Shown one piece after another: positions 18,650 through 29,104 of a stretch of 64,000 bases of DNA (positions within the stretch are counted from its first letter, which is position 1; every line of letters begins with the position of its first letter). Location of the stretch: positions 3,551 to 67,550 of the forward strand of contig JAKATZ010000014.1 of NCBI GenBank assembly GCA_021827925.1. Reading direction: 5' to 3'. The notes under the pieces were generated by a model. The model made no database searches, was not told the origin of the DNA, and saw only the letters and a program-made list of their open reading frames with translations. Both the position numbers and the translations under genes were made by a program. This DNA comes from Candidatus Micrarchaeota archaeon (GTDB lineage Archaea; Micrarchaeota; Micrarchaeia; Micrarchaeales; CABMGC01).

Positions 18650-20137
18650 ATGAGCAATGAGAACGGCTTGCTTGAGTCTTACCTGAACGCGTCGACTCTG
18701 GTACAGCACCAGATAGAGAGTTTCAACAGGTTCCTTGATACAGGAATAGCGAAGGTCATGGGGAAGCAGAATCTCGTAGAGCCAAGCGTAGAGGGGTTTG
18801 CCCTCAAGCTTGGCAGCGTCAGGGTTGGAAGCCCCTCGATCATAGAGGCGGATAGTTCCAGGAGGACGATAACCCCTAACGAGGCTCGGCTTAGGAATAT
18901 AACATATTCTGCACCAATATTCATAGAGGTAGTCCCGGTGATAAGGGGCATTGAGAAGATGGCCTCATACGGAGAAGTGTTCGTAGGGGAGCTGCCGATA
19001 ATGGTGCGCAGCAATGTATGCGCAATGAAGACAATGGGAAGAAGCCAGCTTATGGAGAACGGAGAAGATCCAGAGGATCCAGGAGGATATTTCATCATAA
19101 AAGGAGTAGAGCGTGTGCTCATAGGGCTGGAGGACGTGGCCTCAAACAGGATAATCACGACAAGGGAGAAGAAGGGAAGTGAGGTTAAGAGCAGGGTTTT
19201 TTCATCAACTCCGGGATTCAGGGCAAGGTGCGTGGTGACCAGAAACCAGAATGGCGCGTTCACCGTAGATTTCCCCACTGTAAGCAAGAGCCTAGACCTT
19301 GCGCTGCTGATGAGGGCGCTTGGGTTGAAAGTGGACGAGATGCTAGATCATGCAAGCGATCTTTTATACTTCAAGAACGATATGCTGCTAAACCTTGAAT
19401 CTAGCCCACTTAACGAAGCTCCGGAGATGCAGCCTGCGGAGGCACTTCTCGAGATTGGGAAGTTTGCCGCTCCGGGACAGGCAAAGGAGTATCAGGTAAG
19501 GAGAGCTGAGATGCAGCTTGACAGCTACTTGCTGCCGCACATAGGCAACGAAAGCTCTTCGAGAAAGGAAAAGGCGCTTTATCTGATGCAGATGGCAAGG
19601 AAGAGCACGATAGTGTCCAACAAGCTCGCGAAGCAGGACGATAAGGACCACTATGCAAACAAGAGGGTGAGGTTCGCTGGGGAGCTCATGGAAGAGCTAT
19701 TCGCATACGCATTCAGGTTCTTCCTTAAAGAGGTGAAGTATCAGATCGAGAGGATGAGCGCAAGGGGCAGGAGGCTGAGCATGCAATCGATAATAAGCCC
19801 AGATACCCTGACGGAGAAAATAGCTTACGCTATGGGAACCGGAACTTGGGTTGCAGGGCAGACAGGAGTGTCGCAGGTGCTAGACAGGACCAACCTCATA
19901 AGCACATATGCCCACCTGAGGAGAGTGAAGTCGCCACTTGCTAAGAAGCACCCCCACTTCAAGGCTAGGGATGTGCACGGCACGCAGTGGGGCAAAATAT
20001 GTCCTTCCGAGAGCCCGGAGGGGCAGGAGGTAGGGCTTACGAAATACCTTGCCCTCATGTCGAAAGTAACAGTAGGTGCAGATGAGACTATGACTATGGA
20101 AGAGCTGAAGAAGATCTCCGATATAAAGCCGCTTTGA
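18650..20137 (+). CDS. rpoB2: RNA polymerase subunit B'' (N-terminal half of Rpo2)
   Basis: Q.ESFN.FL, GYFIIKG.ERV, ANKR and GQEVGLTK-type blocks. It sits between rpoH and rpoB'. Confidence 0.95.
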   Translation: MSNENGLLESYLNASTLVQHQIESFNRFLDTGIAKVMGKQNLVEPSVEGFALKLGSVRVGSPSIIEADSSRRTITPNEARLRNITYSAPIFIEVVPVIRGIEKMASYGEVFVGELPIMVRSNVCAMKTMGRSQLMENGEDPEDPGGYFIIKGVERVLIGLEDVASNRIITTREKKGSEVKSRVFSSTPGFRARCVVTRNQNGAFTVDFPTVSKSLDLALLMRALGLKVDEMLDHASDLLYFKNDMLLNLESSPLNEAPEMQPAEALLEIGKFAAPGQAKEYQVRRAEMQLDSYLLPHIGNESSSRKEKALYLMQMARKSTIVSNKLAKQDDKDHYANKRVRFAGELMEELFAYAFRFFLKEVKYQIERMSARGRRLSMQSIISPDTLTEKIAYAMGTGTWVAGQTGVSQVLDRTNLISTYAHLRRVKSPLAKKHPHFKARDVHGTQWGKICPSESPEGQEVGLTKYLALMSKVTVGADETMTMEELKKISDIKPL

Positions 20138-20149
20138 ATTGTGATCATC

Positions 20150-21973
20150 ATGGAGGAAAAAAATAGATGTTATCTTTATCTCAATGGGAAGGCCATAGGG
20201 TGCATAGAGGATCCGGAAAAATTCGTGGAAGAGACGAAAAGCGCAAGGAGGAGGGGAGTCATATCCGGAGAGATAAACATAGCATACATAAGCAAGCTTA
20301 ACGAAGTAAGGATAAACACTGACAGAGGCAGGCTCAGGAAGCCCTACATAATAGTAGAGGGGGGGAAATCGAAGCTTACGCAGGAAATTAGGGAGAGGCT
20401 TGCAAAGAAGGAGATCAACTTTGCTTACCTGCTAAGGAACGGCATAGTCGAATATCTCGATGGGGAAGAGGAAGAGAACTCATTCGTTGCCTTCAATGAA
20501 AAGGAAATTAAGGACAAGACAACGCACATCGACATAGACCTTTCTGCTATCTTCGGCACTACGCTTAACACGTCACCGTTCCCAGAGCACAATGCGCTGG
20601 CAAGGCATGCAATGAGCGCCAACTTCATAAAGCAGGCGGAAGGACTATACGCGACAAACTTCAATAGGAGGTTTGACTCGAGGAGCTACCTTCTATTCTA
20701 CCCGCAGGTTCCGATAGTATCAACAAAAGCCTATGATCTTGCTGAGCTGAAAAAACACCCTAGCGGACAGAACTTCGTTGTAGCGATATCCACTTATTAC
20801 GGGTACAACATGGCAGACGCAATAGTCATAAACAAGGCTGCCGTTGACAGGGGGCTTGGAAGGAGCATATTCTATAAGTCGTATACTGACGAGGAAAGAA
20901 GATATCCTGGAGGCCAGAGGGACCGGTTCAAGATCCCACCGCCGACAGCGGAGGGGTACATGGGTGAGCACGCCTATTCCAAGCTTAGCGATGATGGAGT
21001 CATAGAGCCGGAGATGAATGTAGAGGAGGGGGAGGCGCTGATAGGAAAGGTCGCCCCGCCAAGATTCCTTGAGGAGAACATAGGGGCTAGCGGCCTTGAA
21101 GAGAAGATGCGTGACGACTCAGTACTGCTTAAAGCAGGAGAGAATGGAATTGTCGATAGTGTGGTATTCACAGAGACAACAGGGGCCACGCGGATAGTGA
21201 AAGTGAGGATAAGAACGCTCAGGATACCAGAGAAGGGAGACAAGTTCGCGAGCAGGCACGGGCAGAAAGGAGTCATAGCGCTTATAGTCAACCCGGAGGA
21301 CATGCCTTTCACACAGGAGGGGATAGTACCGGATTTGCTGCTTAACCCGCACAGCATACCGACAAGGCTTACGTTTGGCCATCTGCTTGAGATGCTTGCA
21401 GGTAAGTCTGGAGCAGTTATGGGCAAGCATGTCGATGGCACTGCTTTCGCAACAAGCGGGAAGGAGAGGCTGGAGTCCTATGGAAAGGAACTTGAGCAGA
21501 ACGGCTTCGACAAGCATGGGGAGGAGGTGCTCTATGATGGAATGACCGGAAGGCCATTCAAGGCAAAGATATTCACAGGAGTGGTGTATTATAACAGGCT
21601 TTACCATATGGTAAGCAATAAGATGCAGGTTAGGAGCAGAGGTAAGGTACAGATACTCACGCACCAGCCGACAGAGGGCAAGGCAAGGCAGGGAGCCCTC
21701 AGATTCGGAGAGATGGAAAGGGACGCGCTGATAGGCCATGGAGCCAGCCTATTGCTTAAGGAGAGGATGCTCGACCAGAGCGACAAGACTGCGGTGCTTA
21801 TCTGCAAGCAGTGCGGAGGCATGGGCTACTATGATTACATTAAGAGGGTGGCGATATGCCCGCTGTGCGGAAGCAGCTACATAGCTGATGTCGAGATAAG
21901 CTACGCGTTTAAGGTGCTCCTTGACGAGATAAAGTCCTTGCACATCCTTCCTAGCGTGAAGATAAACGAGTGA
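20150..21973 (+). CDS. rpoB1: RNA polymerase subsubunit B' (C-terminal half of Rpo2)
   Basis: GDKFASRHGQKG, NPHSIPTR.T.G, RFGEMERD and the C-terminal zinc ribbon CKQCG...CPLCG. Start at ATG 20150, or alternatively GTG 20141. Confidence 0.95.
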   Translation: MEEKNRCYLYLNGKAIGCIEDPEKFVEETKSARRRGVISGEINIAYISKLNEVRINTDRGRLRKPYIIVEGGKSKLTQEIRERLAKKEINFAYLLRNGIVEYLDGEEEENSFVAFNEKEIKDKTTHIDIDLSAIFGTTLNTSPFPEHNALARHAMSANFIKQAEGLYATNFNRRFDSRSYLLFYPQVPIVSTKAYDLAELKKHPSGQNFVVAISTYYGYNMADAIVINKAAVDRGLGRSIFYKSYTDEERRYPGGQRDRFKIPPPTAEGYMGEHAYSKLSDDGVIEPEMNVEEGEALIGKVAPPRFLEENIGASGLEEKMRDDSVLLKAGENGIVDSVVFTETTGATRIVKVRIRTLRIPEKGDKFASRHGQKGVIALIVNPEDMPFTQEGIVPDLLLNPHSIPTRLTFGHLLEMLAGKSGAVMGKHVDGTAFATSGKERLESYGKELEQNGFDKHGEEVLYDGMTGRPFKAKIFTGVVYYNRLYHMVSNKMQVRSRGKVQILTHQPTEGKARQGALRFGEMERDALIGHGASLLLKERMLDQSDKTAVLICKQCGGMGYYDYIKRVAICPLCGSSYIADVEISYAFKVLLDEIKSLHILPSVKINE

Positions 21974-21978
21974 TTTGC

Positions 21979-24570
21979 ATGCAAGCCGAAGTAATAAATT
22001 ATATTAGATTCGGGATAATCTCTCCTGAAGAGATCAAGAAGATGACAGTAGCGAAGCTTACTGTTCCGGATACGTACAATGAGGACGGCTATCCCATAGA
22101 TGGCGGGCTTCTCGATCAAAGACTTGGGGTCATAGATCCAGGGCTGGTGTGCAAGACCTGTGGGGCTAGGGCGAAGACCTGCCCGGGGCACTTCGGACAC
22201 ATAGAATTGGTCAGGCCTGTAGTGCACTCGGAGTTCTCGAAGATAATATACCTGATACTACAATCGACATGCCAGGATTGCCATAGGGTACTGATAGATG
22301 ACAAGCACATAGATGCGATAAAGAAGCTCGCCCTGGAGGATGAGGCCGAAGGCGTACAGGCAAACGTGCAAGGCGTGGAGCAAGCCCAGGCTGCTGAGAG
22401 CAACTTGCAGAAGAGCAAGGGAGGTAGGATAAAAAACCGGCTTACAAAGAAAGTAAGCAGCGCAAAGAAGTGCCCGCACTGCGGAGCGGCGCAGAAGAAG
22501 ATAAAATTCTCGCAGCCGACGTATTTTTATGTGGAAGACAGAAGGTTAAAGCCGGATGAGATAAGGGATATGCTCTCGAAGGTAAGCGATGATGACCTGA
22601 AGCTTATGAACATAGACCCGGCAATAAGCAGGCCGGGATGGCTTGTGCTCAGTTCACTGCTTGTGCCTCCAGTGAATGTAAGGCCTTCAATAACACTCGA
22701 GTCAGGAGAAAGAAGCGAGGATGACCTGACCCACAAACTAGTCGACATAATGAGGATAAACCAGAGGCTGGAACAGAACATAAACGCCGGAGCTCCGCAG
22801 ATCATAATAGACGACCTCTGGGAGCTGCTGCAGTACCACGTTACCGCGTATTTCAATAACGAGACTTCCGGAATACCTCCGGCGAGGCACAGGAGCGGAA
22901 GAGCACTTAAGACCATAGCACAAAGGCTGAAGGGCAAGGAAGGCAGATTCAGGTACAACCTTAGCGGTAAGAGGGTTAACTATTCCGCCAGAACGGTCAT
23001 AAGCGTTGACCCTTACATAGACATAGACCAGGTGGGGGTGCCGCAGGACATTGCTGCGAAGCTGACCGTACCGTTCTATGTTACCGCGTGGAACATCGAG
23101 AAGGCAAGGGAACTGCTGGGCAACACCGAGTACCCAATGGTAATAAACATAATAAGCAAGGATGGAAAGAGGAAGCGCGTGTTAGACGCTAACAGGGAGG
23201 ATTCTCTCAAGACAATAGCAGTCGGGGACATACTCGAAAGGCAGCTTATGGACGATGACATAGTGCTGTTCAACAGGCAGCCTTCACTGCACAGAATATC
23301 GATAATGGCGCACAGGGTCAAGGTTCTTCCAGGTAAGACTTTCAGGATAAATTACTGCACAACCGCGCCTTACAACGCAGACTTTGACGGTGACGAGATG
23401 AATCTGCACGTGCCGCAGACCCTTGAGGCGCAGGCGGAGGCAAGATACCTCATGCAGGTGCATTATCAGGTTTTCTCGCCGAGAGACGGAGATGCAATAA
23501 TAACAAACAGCGAGGACGGTATAAGCGGCATGTACGCGCTAACCAAGAACGATACGTACCTTACGCGCGACGAGGCGACATACCTGCTAGGCATATCTGG
23601 AGTGTTGGAGTTGCCAAAGCCCGAGAAGAACGGCCTGTACAAGGGCAGGGACGTGTTCTCCATGATACTGCCGAAGGATCTCGATTTTGAGATTAAAACA
23701 AGCGGCGGGTCGTTCGTGATAAAGAAGGGCAAGCTTGTCGAGGGAGTCATAACGAAGGAGACTTATGGGAGGGACAACAGGCTCGCAGTCAAGATAGCGC
23801 TTGACTATGGATATGATGAACTGAAGCGCTTCACGTTTGTTTCCTCAAAGCTTGCCGATGCGTATGTAACGCTCGCAGGCATAACCGTCGGAGTGAAGGA
23901 GTATGCGGTTGACAGGAGGATAGAGGAAGAGAGGGACTCGATAATAAGGGATACGTTCCAGAAAGTTGAATCCCTTATAGAACAGTATAAGAAGAAGAAG
24001 CTCGAGGCGCTAATAGGATACACGCTGAGGGAATCGCTGGAGCGCATGATAATAGCAGAGCTGAACGTGGCAAGAAGCAAGGCCGGAGACGTGCTCGCTA
24101 AGAATGAAGACAGCGGAAACAGCGCAGTGGAGATGGCAAGGTCCGGGTCTAGGGGGAGTATACTCAACCTTGAGCAGATGTCTATGTTCCTTGGACAGCA
24201 GGCAACGCTTAGCGGCGGCAGAATAAAGAGGGGTTACTACACGAACCGTCTGTTGCCACACATTATGCCTGGAGACGTCGGACCCAAGGCTCGCGGATTC
24301 ATCACGACAAACTACTACTCTGGCCTTGCGCCGATCGACCTGTTCATGCACGCCGTAGGCTCAAGAGGATCGGAGGTATACAAGGCGCTGCTAACAGGAA
24401 GGAGCGGATACCTGTATAGAAGGCTTTCAAACGCCTTACAGGACTACTATGCGTACGAGGATTACAGCGTTAGGGACGTTAACAATAACATAATTCAGAC
24501 AGTGTACGGAGGCGATGCCGTGAGCCCCGTGCTTACGCAGTTCGTGAAGGCGGCCGAAGAGGAAGAATGA
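21979..24570 (+). CDS. rpoA1: RNA polymerase subunit A' (Rpo1N)
   Basis: Zinc motifs CKTCG...CPGHFGH and CPHCG, and the catalytic [10 protein letters not shown]. Confidence 0.95.
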   Translation: MQAEVINYIRFGIISPEEIKKMTVAKLTVPDTYNEDGYPIDGGLLDQRLGVIDPGLVCKTCGARAKTCPGHFGHIELVRPVVHSEFSKIIYLILQSTCQDCHRVLIDDKHIDAIKKLALEDEAEGVQANVQGVEQAQAAESNLQKSKGGRIKNRLTKKVSSAKKCPHCGAAQKKIKFSQPTYFYVEDRRLKPDEIRDMLSKVSDDDLKLMNIDPAISRPGWLVLSSLLVPPVNVRPSITLESGERSEDDLTHKLVDIMRINQRLEQNINAGAPQIIIDDLWELLQYHVTAYFNNETSGIPPARHRSGRALKTIAQRLKGKEGRFRYNLSGKRVNYSARTVISVDPYIDIDQVGVPQDIAAKLTVPFYVTAWNIEKARELLGNTEYPMVINIISKDGKRKRVLDANREDSLKTIAVGDILERQLMDDDIVLFNRQPSLHRISIMAHRVKVLPGKTFRINYCTTAPYNADFDGDEMNLHVPQTLEAQAEARYLMQVHYQVFSPRDGDAIITNSEDGISGMYALTKNDTYLTRDEATYLLGISGVLELPKPEKNGLYKGRDVFSMILPKDLDFEIKTSGGSFVIKKGKLVEGVITKETYGRDNRLAVKIALDYGYDELKRFTFVSSKLADAYVTLAGITVGVKEYAVDRRIEEERDSIIRDTFQKVESLIEQYKKKKLEALIGYTLRESLERMIIAELNVARSKAGDVLAKNEDSGNSAVEMARSGSRGSILNLEQMSMFLGQQATLSGGRIKRGYYTNRLLPHIMPGDVGPKARGFITTNYYSGLAPIDLFMHAVGSRGSEVYKALLTGRSGYLYRRLSNALQDYYAYEDYSVRDVNNNIIQTVYGGDAVSPVLTQFVKAAEEEE

Positions 24571-24574
24571 GGAG

Positions 24575-25624
24575 ATGACTATGGCCAAAAAAGATAGCGC
24601 AAAGGACAAGTTCGCCGTGCACTATGGTGAACCCGTGGGCATGATAGCGGCGCAGTCGATAGGAGAACCCGGAACACAGATGATCCTAAGAACTTTCCAC
24701 TATGCAGGGATAGAAGCCACCATCGCAACGTCAGGGCTGCCCAGAATAGTCGAGCTGGTGGACGCGAAGAAGAAGCCTGCGACGCCAATAACTTACGTGT
24801 ACCTTAACAATGATATTAAAAGGAGCTTTGAGAAATCCGAGGCAGTGCTTAAGAAGATAAACGAGGTAAAGATGAGCGGCATAGTCAAGAGGATAATGGA
24901 GAACTTCTCGAAGGGTACGATAAAGATAGTATTCGACAGGCAGGCCCTTGAGGCTGCAGAGCTTACCCCAGGACAGGTGGCTGCAAAAATAGCAAAGGTC
25001 ATGGAGGCCGAGGCGAAGGTCGAGGAGGGCTCTGTGGTGATGAAGCTGAAGGCCAAGAAGCCGAAGGAAGTGAGGGCAGCAAGCGTAAAGATAATGAGAA
25101 AGGTAATACAGGGGATAGAGGGAGCAGGAAAGGCCATCATACAGCAGGACAAGGAAGGTGATTTCTACATCATAGCAGCTGGCAGCAATATCGAGGATAT
25201 AATAAAGGTTGACGGAGTAGACAAATCGCGGCTTTACACTAACGACGTTTTCGCGATGTACAGGCTCTTTGGCGTGGAGGCCGCAAGGAACACACTTGCC
25301 AACGAGCTTAAGAAGACGCTCAACGAGCAGAAGATAGCCGTCGATGACAGGCATCTGCTCCTTGTAGCTGACGCGATGACTTACAGCGGAGACATAAGAG
25401 GTGTCGGAAGGCATGGACTCAGCGGCCAGAAGAGTTCCGTATTTGCGAGGGCTGCTTATGAAGAGACGGTAAAGCACCTTGTCAACGCGGCAGTACTCGG
25501 TGAAATAGACAATATGCGCGGAGTCACGGAGAACATACTTGTAGGGAAACAAATACCGATAGGTACGGGTTCGGTGAAGCTTGGCATGAAGAAGGAGGAT
25601 ATGAGGAAGACCAGACCGAAATAA
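24575..25624 (+). CDS. rpoA2: RNA polymerase subunit A'' (Rpo1C)
   Basis: [26 protein letters not shown] and a C-terminal ENI(L)VG...P.GTG block. Confidence 0.95.
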   Translation: MTMAKKDSAKDKFAVHYGEPVGMIAAQSIGEPGTQMILRTFHYAGIEATIATSGLPRIVELVDAKKKPATPITYVYLNNDIKRSFEKSEAVLKKINEVKMSGIVKRIMENFSKGTIKIVFDRQALEAAELTPGQVAAKIAKVMEAEAKVEEGSVVMKLKAKKPKEVRAASVKIMRKVIQGIEGAGKAIIQQDKEGDFYIIAAGSNIEDIIKVDGVDKSRLYTNDVFAMYRLFGVEAARNTLANELKKTLNEQKIAVDDRHLLLVADAMTYSGDIRGVGRHGLSGQKSSVFARAAYEETVKHLVNAAVLGEIDNMRGVTENILVGKQIPIGTGSVKLGMKKEDMRKTRPK

Positions 25625-25771
25625 GCGCAACAGGGAAACTTATTATGCCGGTTCAAGTATAAGAAGCGATGCTTACGTTAAGGGAGTTTGGCTTCCGCAT
25701 GGGAAAGTAATATAAATCAGTATCGACAGATTTTCCCCTAACTCATCAATGCAACTGTTTCTGGTAAGATC

Positions 25772-26719
25772 ATGGGAAATCTTTTCAAAGGTAGAGGTGT
25801 AAGCGCAAGCGCATCAGCGGAAGCGGCACTTCAGTCGCTTCTCAGAGGCAGGCCGATATCTGGCCAGTCGCTGCGGATGGCGAAGGAGATACTTCCTTCT
25901 TTCGTTGATAGGCTGGATACTGCAAAAGGAGAAGTCCTCCTTGTCGCAGGTAGCAACGGAGGAGGGCAGTTCTCGGAGATGCTGAGCGATACGGATGTGA
26001 TAGCCGTAGGCTCGGCAGATCGCAGGCTTGATATTGATACTCTTGAGAGGTTCAGCGGCGCGGTGAGGGAAGCGGCAAAAAGGCTTGCTCAGGAAGGAAT
26101 ACGCGTTGCTGCGTTCGCAACAGCGCAGAACGAGAGTTATGTTGAGGGCATTGTAAGGCAGAGAATACGCAGCCGTTGGGGTTTACGTAAGGAAAGCGTA
26201 CAGCTCCTGCACCTTCTTTTCTATCCGTCAGAGGAATCCGTGCTTGCATGGGAGCCAGAAAGACTGGCGAGGGCGCTGTTCACCAATAGCACTACGGTGA
26301 TCGGGGATGACAGCATCAGGGTAGGCATAATAGAGAGGGCTGCGTCAGGAAGGGCCATCGCAGGGGATCGTGTGCTCTTTGAAGCTGAGAAAGCAATAGC
26401 CTATTCTTTCATCACGTACAGGTCGAACACTCCGCATTTCCCCATAGAGGTATCTTTTAATGAAGGCTTCAGGAAGATAAAACTCGCACTGCTCGACGTT
26501 GGCAGGCTCATACTCGAAGAGAAGGGAGTTAGGGTAGATTCATGGGCAGATGTTATAGGTAATGCGAGCGCGCTGCCGGCAGGAATGGTTCCTGCTGTTG
26601 AAGAAGTAGGCAGGATAAAGCACATGAGAGGGCTGCTGCGTGATGAGGGTACCCTTACTAAACTGCACATAATGGGAAGCGAAGCCGTTCACTGTGCAGC
26701 AGAAGCAAGAAGAGCATGA
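25772..26719 (+). CDS. Pol-beta-superfamily nucleotidyltransferase-like protein, paralogue 1 of 3
   Basis: LLVAGSNGGGQFSEMLSDTDVIAV matches the G-S...D-x-D minimal NTase signature. The protein aligns by eye over its full length with the next two ORFs. Confidence 0.6.
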   Translation: MGNLFKGRGVSASASAEAALQSLLRGRPISGQSLRMAKEILPSFVDRLDTAKGEVLLVAGSNGGGQFSEMLSDTDVIAVGSADRRLDIDTLERFSGAVREAAKRLAQEGIRVAAFATAQNESYVEGIVRQRIRSRWGLRKESVQLLHLLFYPSEESVLAWEPERLARALFTNSTTVIGDDSIRVGIIERAASGRAIAGDRVLFEAEKAIAYSFITYRSNTPHFPIEVSFNEGFRKIKLALLDVGRLILEEKGVRVDSWADVIGNASALPAGMVPAVEEVGRIKHMRGLLRDEGTLTKLHIMGSEAVHCAAEARRA

Positions 26720-26907
26720 GCGCCCCCTTCCAGCTATTAACCTATCATAGGTCGTAGGTAATATAAAAGGTTTTCCATATCGCTTATGTAGACGGAATAC
26801 CGCTGCGAAAATTATATAAATCAAGAGCCGCGCTAATTAATTGCGCCCTTGACCGCTACCGAAATGGGGTTCCGTGCGGAATCATAAATGGAACCCGATG
26901 TTTGGAT

Positions 26908-27870
26908 ATGGTTAGCTTAGTGTGGGCGCCGTTGGTCCCCATGAACACCTTAAGAAAGGACGGAGCAGGAGCTTTGCAGGGAGGAAGGAAGGAGATTGAG
27001 AAAGCTCTCAGAGGAGCCGGAGTCACTGAAAGCGCAGTGCACATTCTTGGCCAGATAGTTGAAGCCCATAGTAGAAGAGGCCTTGATGAATCCCTGTTTC
27101 TCGCGGGAAGCACAAACGGGAGGAAGCATTACTCCGCAGTGGTAAGCGACATTGATATGGTAGCCATAGGGAATGGAACGAGAAGGCTTGATCTGGGGGT
27201 ACTTAACGCGATCTGTTCTGCGACAAGGGAAGCGATAGCAAAACTCGGGGAGGAAGGAGTATTCGTCGTTGGGTTCCCTACGTTCAGAGCCGAGACCCCA
27301 ATTGAAGACCTCGCAAGGTATACCATAGCGCACAGGCAAGGAAAGAATCCGGACAATATAGAGGTAAAGCTGCTGCACACTCTATTCTATTCCTCGATTG
27401 ATGCGCTTAGGGCGTTTGAACCCATAAGCCTGGCCGAGTCGCTGATCATGACCAGCATATCAATAATGGGAGAGGACAAGAAGGATGCACTGCTTTCTGC
27501 TTTGAGAGACGGCACGGTGCCGGTGAAGAGCTACATAATAGACGCCGAGACGACCCTGGCATATTCATACATGGGCATTATGTCAAATGTACATCTACCG
27601 GAAGAGACAGGAAGGAAAGAAGCCCTTAGGAAGGTGCAGTACGCACTGCTCCAGGCAGCGAAAGGCTTCCTCACCCAGAGGAACGTCCCCGTGTACTCTT
27701 TTGAGGGCGTAGTTACAAACGCAGGCCAGCTCCCGAGCATAAGCAGGGGGGTGGTGATGGATATAAACTCTGCAAAGAATAGCGCAGGGCTGCTTAGCAT
27801 GGAGAGTGCAGTTGCGCTGCACACGATGGGGGCGAGAGCCATCTGCGAGATTGAGAAGGAAGCCGTGTGA
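26908..27870 (+). CDS. Pol-beta-superfamily nucleotidyltransferase-like protein, paralogue 2 of 3
   Basis: LFLAGSTNGRKHYSAVVSDIDMVAI, plus the shared RRLD, LLHTLFYSS, ETTLAYSY and LHTMG blocks. The start is uncertain: TTG 26902, ATG 26908 or ATG 26941. Confidence 0.6.
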   Translation: MVSLVWAPLVPMNTLRKDGAGALQGGRKEIEKALRGAGVTESAVHILGQIVEAHSRRGLDESLFLAGSTNGRKHYSAVVSDIDMVAIGNGTRRLDLGVLNAICSATREAIAKLGEEGVFVVGFPTFRAETPIEDLARYTIAHRQGKNPDNIEVKLLHTLFYSSIDALRAFEPISLAESLIMTSISIMGEDKKDALLSALRDGTVPVKSYIIDAETTLAYSYMGIMSNVHLPEETGRKEALRKVQYALLQAAKGFLTQRNVPVYSFEGVVTNAGQLPSISRGVVMDINSAKNSAGLLSMESAVALHTMGARAICEIEKEAV

Positions 27871-28057
27871 TTGGGACAATGCCCAAACAGCTATTGGAGC
27901 GCATATGATATAAAAGGCTTGCGCAGAGGAGACGCTGGCGCTGCAATAGAACTGAAATGCTTATAAAGCTGAGCCGAGAATTGTATTATGGAATCTTCAC
28001 CAAGGTTATCCGTTTCTTCTGCGCCTTTGGCGCGTGCTGTTTGTGCTGGTGTTGTGC

Positions 28058-29056
28058 ATGACCGTTGTACGCAATAATACTTTAGCGGAGGCTAGAGGAA
28101 GATCTGCACAGGTGATTGAGGCTGTGTTCGGCTCTCTCAGGAGAGAATTCCCTAACGATAATCTGTTTGGAATGGCGACAGGAAGCAACGGCAGGGAGGA
28201 GGGTAAGAACTATGTCTCGCACCGCGTTAGCGATACAGACATAGTAGTTGTTTTGGCAAGGAATAGGGAAGGGCAGAATTATGGGGAACGGCTGGACATC
28301 GATACGCTCACACGCATGCTTAACGCGATCAGATCTGCTGCACTTGAGCTAGGACCCGCAGACAGGGCACCTTTGCTCCCTAGGGCCAGAAACTGGGTTG
28401 CAGGCTTGTTTGCCCCTGAACGTAGCATGTATGTTGCCCCTTTTGCAACGGCCCCTACAGAGACCCTTGTGAAAGAATTAACAAGGCTCTCTATAATTGA
28501 TGCTACCGGAAGGAGGCTTGGGAGCGGGAACATCTTTCCGCTTCACTGCCTTGTATATCCAAACCCTGCCGCCTTATGGGGTTGGGAAGACAGGTCCGTA
28601 GCCACACACCTGCTTAGCAGCGGCAGGGTTCTTTACGGCGGGGAGCTTAGGGAGCGTATAGAAGAAGGCATAGACTCGAAGAAAGCAATGGATGATGGAA
28701 CCAGGAGGATGATAAGGGCAGAGACAGGAATAGTATATTCATATACGTTGCTCATCGCAAATCCTTACCTTCGCACCGAATTGCTTGCGGAGGACGGCAT
28801 ATCGAAGATGAAGTACGCAGCGATAATAGCCGCGGAAGTCTTCTTTGGCGAAAAGCTTGATGTTAGGGATTTTGGAGTGATACTCAAAAACAGAGATGCT
28901 CTCCCACAGGAACTCAGGGATTTCGTCGAGAGAGTGAAGGAGCTCAGGGAAAGATCCACTCTTCCGGGAAGGGATGAGCTTGTGGACCTGCATTTTCATG
29001 GGGCCAGAGCTATAAACGAAATCAATGGAATGCTTGCGAGGGAGAGGCGCACATGA
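28058..29056 (+). CDS. Pol-beta-superfamily nucleotidyltransferase-like protein, paralogue 3 of 3
   Basis: MATGSNGREEGKNYVSHRVSDTDIVVV, plus the shared ERLDIDTL, PLHCLVYPN, ETGIVYSY and LHFHG blocks. It carries two insertions relative to paralogues 1 and 2. Start at ATG 28058; the track start is GTG 28034. Confidence 0.6.
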   Translation: MTVVRNNTLAEARGRSAQVIEAVFGSLRREFPNDNLFGMATGSNGREEGKNYVSHRVSDTDIVVVLARNREGQNYGERLDIDTLTRMLNAIRSAALELGPADRAPLLPRARNWVAGLFAPERSMYVAPFATAPTETLVKELTRLSIIDATGRRLGSGNIFPLHCLVYPNPAALWGWEDRSVATHLLSSGRVLYGGELRERIEEGIDSKKAMDDGTRRMIRAETGIVYSYTLLIANPYLRTELLAEDGISKMKYAAIIAAEVFFGEKLDVRDFGVILKNRDALPQELRDFVERVKELRERSTLPGRDELVDLHFHGARAINEINGMLARERRT

Positions 29057-29104
29057 GGTTTGGTGCTGTGCTGCAGTGCAATAAACACGATATTGGGTGT
29101 CATA

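Noticed and set aside
24731-25630. A 299-aa ORF on the minus strand covering almost all of rpoA''
   Set aside because: It is antisense to an unambiguous RNA polymerase A'' gene. The translation is low-complexity (Leu/Tyr/His/Arg-rich) with no motifs. It is a typical shadow ORF of a strongly codon-biased gene.
28970-28993. A HEPN-type R-x(4-6)-H motif (RDELVDLH) near the C-terminus of nucleotidyltransferase paralogue 3
   Set aside because: The Arg is not conserved at that spacing in paralogues 1 (R-x8-H) and 2 (no Arg). I do not call an active HEPN RNase domain. Only the His is shared.
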